A stretch of DNA of 64,000 nucleotides, taken from the NCBI GenBank assembly GCA_000165425.1, contig CT868618.1:62001-126000 (forward strand). Direction: 5' to 3'. Below are positions 54,211 through 64,000 of the stretch, piece by piece. Source of the DNA: Paramecium tetraurelia (taxonomy: Eukaryota). The position numbers and the translations under genes were made by a program. Numbering within the stretch: position 1 is the stretch's first letter; each line of letters begins with the position of its first letter. Under the pieces are notes generated by a model. It was given only the letters and a program-made list of their open reading frames with translations. It ran no database searches and was not told the origin of the DNA.

Positions 54211-55345
54211 ATGGGATGTTTATTTAGTGTATTTACTCGCTAATAGCTTGATAAAAGAAGAATTGCATTACTTTAAAAGTTGTTCTTATTATTATAATAA
54301 AAGCGCTGATGAAGTTGAAGATATTAGAGAGAAAATAACTAGTTATAGTATATAAAATTAGTACATTAATTAAGAAAGAGTTATTGATGAAAAACCTCAT
54401 AAAGATTTTACAAAAGTAATGAATAATATAGAAATTAAAGATAAAATGTTTGACTAAAAATGATGAATCTAAGATATTTTTATCATAAAACAAATCAGAT
54501 TAGGAATATTACATTTTGAAATCCATCAATAAATAATATCTCGAGTACTCAGGAATGCAATAATAAATCCAAAATGAAATTAAAGTTGGTAAGGAATGTA
54601 AAGGAAAATTTATCTAAAAATTCCATCAACATTTTATCACCAATAAAAAGTGTTATATAATTTTAGAGAATGTATAAGGAGGCAATTTAAAATCTCTAAT
54701 CAAGAGAAAATAAATGAGCGTAGCTGAAATCAGATTTTACATAGCAGAAATTTTTATGGCACTTTAGCATCTTCATAAAAATAATGTCATATATAGAAAT
54801 TTGACTCCAGAGAATGTTTTGATCGATAATCAAGGTCATATTAAACTATCTGATTTTTCCTTATGTCATTTCGGAACGGAATGTAATTTACTCACTGGGA
54901 ATATTTATTACCAGGCACCAGAAGTTAGCAAACTATAATATCAAAATTATCTATCTGATTACTGGAGTTTAGGAGCCATTATGTATGAAATGCTTTTTGG
55001 CTACCCTCCTTATTTCCATCCTAACATAAACACGTATAAAAAGAACAAGAGAGAACAAATTATTACTATTCCAAACTCAATTTCAGAGTCAGCGCAATCA
55101 TTACTTAAACAATTATTAAACAATGACGTATTTCATACTTATTATTACAGATTTAACAAAGAATAATGTATGAATCAAGTCAAAAAGTCTAATATCATCC
55201 ATTTTTCGACGGATTGGATTGGTAGTTACTCAAAAAAAGATTAGAGTAAAGTCCATTCATTCCAGATTTAAGAACAAAATCAGATATTCATTATTATTTG
55301 GAAGAAAAATCAAATGAGAATATTATTTAACAATAAATTAACTGA
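54211..55345 (+). CDS. AGC-family pseudokinase with N-terminal MGC motif
   Basis: FYIAEIFMALQHLH, YRNLTPEN (catalytic Asp replaced by Asn), DFS, YQAPE, DYWSLG, HPFFDGLDW..SPFIP. Confidence 0.82.
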
Positions 55346-55425
55346 AATAAAAGAGATTTTCTATCATATCATAAATTTTTATCATTTTTTTATATTAATA
55401 ACCTACTCTAATGATGCAATTCTAG

Positions 55426-56243
55426 TTCATTTGTCCCAACTACTGGTTTATTCAGTATGGCCTTTAATACTCTTCATGAAATTGCTTAATCTTTGATTTC
55501 TCATCTTGTTCATTCCTGAACTGAATAAATGATATCCTAAGTAAGTAGTGGTTTCATTATGGGCATATAATTTATGAGCCTTAAACTACCTCTTAAAAAT
55601 AATGATTATTCTATCAGCTCCACAAACTGGCCAACATTAATTTGGTAATTCTTTCAAATAATAAACATTATCTCCGCGAGCCAGTCCTCTTCTGCTTATT
55701 TTAATAAATAGCTTCATTGCCAAACTGAAAATACAAGAATTTATAATAATTTCTTCTTCAAATCTAATAAGAAATCTAATTCCCTTGAAATTCTCCGATA
55801 ATAATTGAATTAAAATTATTATGATACTTCTGCAATTTTTGTATGTTTTTAATTTTTAAATTATTCGATTTATAGAATTACAGTCTTAATAAAGGCTATT
55901 TTATCAATGTTGAAATACAGAATCCAATTCATCTGTGAAGTAATTGACAATATGTTTTTATAACTCTGATTTCTTATTTTCTAGTTTATATCAAATGATT
56001 CTACAAAATTGGCATACTCTATCTAACAAAACTCAAATGCTCATCTATTATAATCAATATCAATACTGGCATTGGTTTTAGGTACCGAATAACTAAATGA
56101 ATCAAAATCTCTTAATGGCAAACATTAGCTAATTGATTTTTTGAATGGGTGACCATGCAATCTAAACATAAGGGTTTGTGTCGGCATCCTTTAGTTGTGC
56201 ATACCATAGTTGACATCTTGCCATAATAAAAGCTACGAATCAT
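55426..56243 (-). pseudogene. Probable decayed gene with N-terminal Cys/His (B-box-like) motif
   Basis: CTTKGCRHKPLCLDCMVTH, followed by coding-like sequence with frame changes and in-frame TGAs that I could not repair with short introns. Confidence 0.45.
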
Positions 56244-56274
56244 TATAATTATAATTATAAAGAATATAAGAAAA

Positions 56275-59200
56275 ATGAGTAAGTATAGTATATTAAATAT
56301 TAGGGGGTCATTTACAGAGAAGATAATGTACAAAATACAATAATTGATGGGTCTATATTTGGACTTAATGACAACAGCACCAAAAGTGGAATTGACAGAA
56401 AATTTATTTAGAGCTACCATAATATTTTAATTTATGTTCCGTCTTCACTATTTATTACCAGAGGATGGATGGGGAATATGGAATTACGAGGATTTTAAGA
56501 TCAAAATCCCCTAATAAATACTATCAACGATATTTTAGCAAAATGCAATTTTACTCAAAGTAATTCTCATCATTTTGAATGGTTGTTGCTTATTGATGAG
56601 TTTTATGCGAATTAAATTGATGTACTATTATAACAATGTAACTTGGCATATCTTTTTTATGCCTCAGGTCTCAATATTGATAGATTTTGAATCAAATCCA
56701 AGCCTTTCAACAATAGCAATTATTTTGCTGCTAATTCAATCTTTCATTAATTTATACTTCAACAGAGCAACAAAATTCTTACACAACAATCCATTTATAA
56801 GGAAGTATACCAACCTTACTCTTGTGTCTATAGCTATTGATACTCTCTGCTATATGAACTTTCAATTTTATTTGATTAGATTGATATTACTTCATTTTTC
56901 AACAATAGTGTAAATAGTTGATGTCTACTCATTTCATCCCTACAAACCCAAACTTAATTCATTTGTGTTTTAAAGTGCAGTATTACAATACACTCTCATT
57001 TTCATCACAACAATATCAATCATCCAGTAATCAGAAAATAATTTATTTTATTCATATTTTCTATTTGGTTCATTTTCAGTGGCGTTATCCTAAATAATAA
57101 TTGAAAAAAGCTCCAAAAAGTAGACATTTGATTAATACTTTGTTTTAGTCCAGAGTTAATCATTATATCTGGCATCAAACATATAGAAGGCGATCATGAT
57201 TAGTTAACATAGATAAAATTGCAAATTCAAACATGAAAGCAACGTAATTGAAACCATTATTTGTATACTTGACAACTCAATCAAAAGAAACAAATAAGTC
57301 AAATTAGATTATGAAATTTTGGAGTTGGCGTTAATTAATTTCCTATCCTTATAAAAAGCTGCATTAACAGCCTTTTGTAGATTAAAAATGTACTATAATG
57401 CAGTAGATGATCATACAATATATTTTTAAATATGCTTTCCGAACATCGATAAGAAATTATGGAAGAGAGTTAGAGATGTTTAAAATAGAATTACTAAATA
57501 GATCAGATCAACTTCATATTATGATGAGAAGGATCTAAAGACAAAAGATATTTATGTTGCATGTTTGATGAGGGATTAATTTTATCCCAAAATCATAGAG
57601 GTATTGAATAAGAAGCTTGAATATTGGAATTAGTTATTGTCAGATCTTGCCAATTACGAAAGACTCTTTGAACATACCATAAAATGTAGCTAAGTGGTAC
57701 ATAATTTCAATATCTTTCTTTAAAATCTATTCTCATAAGATTTGGATGAAGTCTAGAATGTTAAGACTGTTATAGAATTGAAAATGTTAGAAATTTATTT
57801 TTGTGTGGTTAGAAACGATTAGGTTTAGGCCACTAAAATGCAGAAACTTATCATTGAGATGCTGAGACAGGAAACCCAACAGGATGGAAAGCTATTAAAT
57901 TGTAGCATTCTGGAAAACAAAGTTGTCTTATTGTACACTAGTATAGTTAAAGCATAAGGGTTCATAATTAAGAGCAATAGCGATCAATTAGCTAAGTTTT
58001 GGGGATATGAAAGTGAATTAGATTTCCATGATATCAAGCATATCAACCAGCTGATGCCAAACTTCTGTGCTTCTGTCCATGATTAATACATAGAGAGATC
58101 TCAAATTTTAGGTCATAGCATTCTCTTTGGGAAGTGCAGAACTATATTTCTTAAAGATAAATATGATTTACTCATTCCTGCCAGCATTACTATTGATAAC
58201 TTCTTCATCAGCTATGATGATTATGTCATCACTGCAGCCTTTGCTAAAAATAAAGAGACATCCTTATATATTCTATTTGATTGCAAAGGGAAAATACTGG
58301 GAGTCACTCAATTGATGTATAAAGTATTTCATACAATTGATTCAACGGTTACTCCAGAATTATTGAATACAGGATATATATTTCAGATTATTCCAAACAT
58401 CTTCTATCTAATTAATAATCATACAAATGCAGAATTTGATAACCTGCTATATGAAGAGAGGATTCATTTAACTATTGGTAATCCTATTAAATAGTAGTTC
58501 GATAAATAAATAAATTTATCTAAACACAAGGGATATTATGATGACTTATGGACTCTGTATGAAGATACTAAAAATCATAAAACTGAGTTGTTTCTTTAGG
58601 AGTATTAAGATGCTTGTAAGTCATTCATAGATCATTAACTAAAAACTGTGAATTTCGAAATCATATGCCAACTTCATTATTAAATAATTGGACATTACAA
58701 GACTATGCCTATGTTTACATTGGAAATTTTGGACATCATCAAAGCAGATTTATAATCAAGTATACTGTATTCATCTGACATGGAAATTAAAACTAATGAT
58801 ATATTTGAGCCAGATCCAGTTGACTTAAGTTCCATTTAAGAGGAGAGCTTTCAGAAAGTAAAGAATAATGACATTCCATAATTCGATAATTAATTATAAT
58901 AAGTTCCTGAAATAATTTTCCTTAAAGGAAGAGTTGAATAACCATTAAATGAATAGACTCCGAAAAACATTAAATAGAAATAATTAATGTAACCTCAATC
59001 CCAGAAAGCTACTTTTTAGGTGATCGAATAAAAGAGTTTAAATGATGATCTGAAAAGCATTGAAGAAGAAATGAAAATTATGAAGGTGAATAAAAGATAT
59101 AGCTAGAAGCAAATCGTTGTCAATGAGAAATAAAATGAGGAACATAAAAGTTCAGAAAAGTTAACCAAAAGAAAAAACATCATTGATTAAATCTAAGAAA

Positions 59201-61113
59201 AACGCAAATAAGACATCAATGAAATGGATGCTGTCAATTCTGTTAATTCAATAGCTTCTAATTTGATCAACTACAAGTAAGATCTTGTGAAAAGTGTTTA
59301 CAAATCAAATAAAATTCCGTATTCACTTAAGATGATCATAATTTTTGATATCTTGATCATCTCCTCAATACTAATCTTTAACATATTCCCAATCATTACA
59401 ATTCATGATAACAGTCTCCATGCTATCGAGCAAATTGACGCTATAATGGCTCCATATTTGTATAATTCTTATTATTGTTAATTGTATGTACACAATCTGA
59501 TTTTTGAATTACAAAAACTCTCGATTGTGAATTACAGTCAAGAACTAATAAGGGATATAGAAGCAATCAATAAAAATAATACACTTCTGTAAGATCTAAA
59601 CAAATACTACCCTGTGTTTTTGGATATAGAGAAACTAGATTACTTCCCTACATTAAACATTCATTTCATAAACACTGCAGATTAATTGAATGTGTCATTT
59701 ACTTATATGTACAGTGTCCTAATTGAGAAACTATAATATTTCACCTAAAAAGGATAGAACTTTTCTAAATATTAGATGAATGAATCAGAGATTATTTCAT
59801 CCTTATATTTGTATGCTAATTTATAGGATAGTATAACTCTCTATTCAGAGTTGATTGAATTGATTGTACTCACCTTTTTTGAAGACATGGTTTATGATGA
59901 AAACAACTTCCTTAAATATCTAATAGTTGCCCTGTTTGTAATTATCTTTTTATTTTGGATCTAGATTATATATTTTCATTAAATCTTCAATTACTTTAAA
60001 AAGATAATATACCTAAATTGTAGACTGTTAGAAAAGGATGTTCATTTGATAGTATAGAGATTGCAATTAATTCGAGAGATTCTAATCGAACATACAGTTA
60101 CAAACTGGAAAAAGGCTGACTATGTTCATTTGATGTTTCAGCAGATCAAGTCTGATCAAATACAAATTCAATCGAAAATCAATAAGCATACTCTTCTCTG
60201 CTCCAGAATTGCACAAAGTAGATTTTCTCTATTGGCCATCCTTGCTATGATTATATCCGTTCAATCGCTCATTGTAGGTTTCTGTGTTGGTGGGTACTTC
60301 TTTAATGAGATTTAGCAAATAGAATTAACTCCCTAATATGAGTTGATGTCCCAATTCTTTCAATTTTCAGTCACTATGGACTCGATGGTTACTCAGTCTA
60401 TTAGAGTGAAAGGTCAGAGACTCTATATGCAAAATAATAAGATTAATGAGTCCATAACAGTCCAAAAAAAGTTAGTTGACTAAAAACTGTTAGTCATGAG
60501 AACTACGAATTTAACTTTTTATTCAAATTTATATGAAGATTTTGTTAAATCAGAAGAACTAATCATTAAAGGATTGATTAATGATGATTCTGTGGATCGA
60601 TAGAATAATTCTACGTTGTATCAACTCTTCTTTAATGATCTATGTCCCATCGTATGTCCCAATTCTACTGATGAAAAAGATTAGAATAAATATTATGTGA
60701 GTGAAGGCATATCCGGGATATATTCAAGTCTTAGTAAATATATTAAGAGTTCTTTTAATTATGAACTCGAAAATCTGAAATAGGATCCAGATGTCAAGGC
60801 TCAAATAAGTGTGGTAAATTCCCATGAATTTATTGTGTTATTTTCAAGACATTTTATAAATACTAAAAAAGCTTTTCTAAAATTTTAAGAAGAAATACTT
60901 AATAAAACCTACAAAGTTATTGAAAAGAATGATAAGGAAATCTAAGCGTATTTTTCATGTGTGTTACTTATTGAAATCATAATAGCAGGATGTACATTTG
61001 TATATTGTATTAAATTGAAACAATACCAAATATAACTAATGAGATTGTCCTTAAGCAGTATTCCAATAGATTTATTAGATCAACAATCAATAAGTATTCT
61101 TAAAACATTATGA
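56275..61113 (+). CDS. Multi-pass membrane PAS-domain protein (third, more divergent family member), ~1610 aa
   Basis: Continuous frame to TGA 61111. PAS motif HINQLMPNFCASVHDQYIER, N- and C-terminal TM segments, ends LSSIPIDLLDQQSISILKTL*. Confidence 0.85.
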
Positions 61114-62187
61114 ATTATTTTTTATTATTTTTGTTATAATTATATAACCTATTGAAGTACATAAAATGCCATTGCTCATAGAAATCACTAAATTTTCATC
61201 TAATTGTGGATTGTTTGATTAAAAAAAAGTTGTCAAAATTCTTGGGTTAAATAAAAATTCCATACTTTTTCGTAAATAGTATATAAGGGTTAATTTAATA
61301 TGTTTAATTCATGACATATATATTATAACTACCTGTTCATACCTGTATCAGTTATTTTTGAGACTATAATCAGATGACGCTCTTTCAATGAACCCTTGAA
61401 TCATTCTACTTTTTTACAATCTAACATCAAAAAACTTCCTTTTTATTGAGCAGCTAATTTGAATCTTAAATCAAAAGCATTTGCTAAATAAATTAATAAA
61501 ATTAACAATAAATTAATATTTTAAATAAAATTACGTTCAAATCAATTCAGTTCGTCATACAAGACACATTGTGGGAATCAAATTCATAATTTTAAATTTA
61601 AAGGTTCTTAAAGAAAACCTCATCAAAGCATGGTTTACTTTAATGGGTGATATATAAAAGCATTAAACTGAACTCTAATTATACTTGAAGAATGAAAAGA
61701 ATGCTCAAATAAAAACTAATTAAAATTTTTAGTGGATAATTAAGGAAATCATCTCAATCAATTAAGGATGATGTTTGAATTCGATAAATCAAGATCAAGA
61801 GGTTCAAATAATTGATTTAAGAATATAATTAAATTTACTCCTATTTCAAACATCTAATTAAATATAATTATTTAATTATATTTAATTAGATGATTAATTT
61901 ATCTCCAAATAAATGTATCTTCCTAAAATTTTTTACTTATCAAATAGATATCATGAAAAACTAATTAGTAACTAATACCCCCCTATAATTTAGGTAGTTT
62001 ATCAATAATATTATTAGACCATCCATTTTTCTGGGATATTTTAGTAATTTACTATATATTTTCGAAAAAATAAATAATATAGTTCTAAGAACAGCATAGG
62101 AATGTTTAGTAGCCAATTTTCAATAGAAAATGGATACATTGTTATTTTGGTCGAGGATATAAAATATGATTAATTATTTTATTTAAT

Positions 62188-63463
62188 ATGATTCCGTCAC
62201 TTCCCTCAAGAGGCAAATAGCTTTTAGAATCACCTTTCATCTGGTTAAAAGAAAAGGCTGAAATGGATAGGAAAAGAACTGGGTATGTAAAAAGATGATT
62301 TTAGAGTGCCGTCAAATATGTGGTATGTTTAGGGGAAGATATACGATTTGTCTAAGTTCTTAAAGGAGCATCCAGGAGGTGAAAACTTTTTGAAGCTGAC
62401 TCAAGGATAAGATATAACAGAAATGTATTTTGCTCATCACTTAAATTTGGATAAATGTTAGGCTATCTTAAGCAAATATTATGTAAGAGAGGCAGACAGA
62501 GTATAGTAATATTTTAACTTCGACTAAAATGGGTTTTATCGTACTCTCCACCGAAGAGTAGGCGATTATTTCAAAGTAAGAGATAAAGGACCATCATTGT
62601 CAATGAAATTAACAGTTATATCAGCTTTATTTGCCTTCTGTTTAACATTTGGATTAACTTGTATACATCAAAGTTTTTGGTGGGCATTGTTATGTGGTTA
62701 CACTTTGTTTGTTTGTTTCGGAATTGCTCATAACTTTATGCATCAGGGTGCAAAATAACCATTAAGATACATGTCAGATTTACTCTTCTTTTCGCATTAC
62801 CATTGGGTTATCACGCATTGCATTTCACACCATCACTATCCAAATAGCAACATAGATTTCGAGATGACTTCAATGGAGCCCTTCTTTATTACAACCAAAT
62901 CAAGGCTGCCAAATAACCGTTTTTTACCATATTACATAAACATTGTTTTTGGATTTATTAGTACGCTTTAATTTATTTCAACTATCATTTAAATTATTAA
63001 AGGTGAAGAATAACTCAGAAAAGAATACTTGATACCAGTAATAGAGTACTTCATCATCTATTCCTTTTGTTTGGATGGAACTTTAGCATTTAAACTGTTT
63101 ATGGCTATCCAATGTTTTGCCAGCTTCCTTTCTCTTAAGTATCCATTGATCATCCATCGAAACAGCTTTAATTACTCAGATGGTAGTACTATTTAGCCGT
63201 CAAATGATTATGGAATCTATGTCATATAGACCACAACCGATCATGATCTATGGATTCAATTTCCATTAAATATGTTTCTCTTTTAGAGTTTCAATCATCA
63301 TATACTACATCATATGTTCCCTACTGTTGACGAATCAAGGATTCCTGAAATCCACCATATTTTAGAGCAGACACTCAAGGATTTTAATCTATAAGACATT
63401 TTGAAGAAATATAATTTTTTTGAACTTTATAAGTCACACAACGAATTTCTTTTAGAGAAATGA
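62188..63463 (+). CDS. Cytochrome b5-fused fatty acid desaturase-like (cytochrome b5-related) protein
   Basis: YDLSKFLKEHPGG heme domain, His boxes HNFMH, HCISHH, HILHH. One 22-nt intron. Confidence 0.92.
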
Positions 63464-63469
63464 TGAGAT

Positions 63470-64000
63470 TCATTATATTATTAAGGATTTTATATTAGAA
63501 AACAAGTTCATTAAAATGCTTTTGACTTCTGGAAACAATTGCACTGTCTCTACTATCTCTTCTTCCTGAATGCAACTCTATTATTGGCTTTCCTTATATA
63601 GTGTGTCGTAATCTCTAGGTTATAGATTGATGACTTACTTCCCCATAATTTGGATCCATCTATATCTAAGAAACTTGTAATATCGATTCTTGACAGTGCT
63701 GAGTGATTTTGATGGAAAGTATGCAGAGATCACTTTGAATTTAGGGCCAAGTTTTAATACAGAAGAAAGAATCAGCTTATCTTCGCTTGTTGTAAACTAT
63801 TCACATGCAGGTATCCGTATTATTTTCCGTAACCCACTTCGCTTTACCTTTGAATAGAGACGTCTTCTTTTCAATCTCTTTTTTACAATTCTACTTTTGT
63901 TGTTGATTTGTTAAACTACTTTTTGTACTTCTGCTTTTGAATTTCTTCGATTGGATCTTGTTTGAGGAGGCTCAAGATCGTTGGTTTTTATCTATATATC
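63470..64000 (-). CDS. Myb/SANT-domain protein (5' end outside window)
   Basis: FTTSEDKLILSSVLKLGPKFKVISAYFPSKSLSTVKNRYYKFLRYRW, basic NLS-like stretch, 24-nt intron. Confidence 0.85.

Noticed and set aside
1..64000. Apparent lack of long ORFs or pervasive pseudogenisation in the ORF track
   Set aside because: Artefact of the standard code; genes are intact with TAA/TAG=Gln and 20-30 nt introns.
1..64000. Germline IESs, telomeric repeats, tRNA/rRNA genes
   Set aside because: The coding frames I followed needed no TA-bounded excisions, and I saw no G3T3/G4T2 tracts or structured-RNA signatures by eye. A covariance-model search was not possible.

Overview
AT-rich, gene-dense ciliate macronuclear DNA, almost certainly Paramecium (tetraurelia-like). 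TAA/TAG read as Gln and only TGA stops, introns are 20-30 nt GT..AG, and intergenic gaps are often tens of bases. The supplied standard-code ORF track is therefore mostly fragments or antisense artefacts, so I re-translated genes by hand with the ciliate code (table 6). About 26 genes can be read: cathepsin L, a B-type cyclin, an intron-rich TPR protein, SF-assemblin, a Rab lacking C-terminal cysteines, three large PAS-domain membrane proteins, a ~3090-aa secreted protein with ten LamG/ConA-like repeats, one kinase and two pseudokinases, a cytochrome-b5-fused desaturase, a Myb protein and several coiled-coil proteins. The most striking structure is a >=3.9-kb inverted segmental duplication (<1..3991 vs 18606..22480). 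It carries two copies of an AIG1/GIMAP-like GTPase with an apparent degenerate N-terminal G-domain and a C-terminal membrane hairpin. The arms are near-identical at both flanks but strongly diverged over that N-terminal domain and the promoter. One GTPase copy has lost its ATG, and the duplicated neighbouring gene is truncated onto the start codon of the next gene. All alignments and identities were judged by eye.
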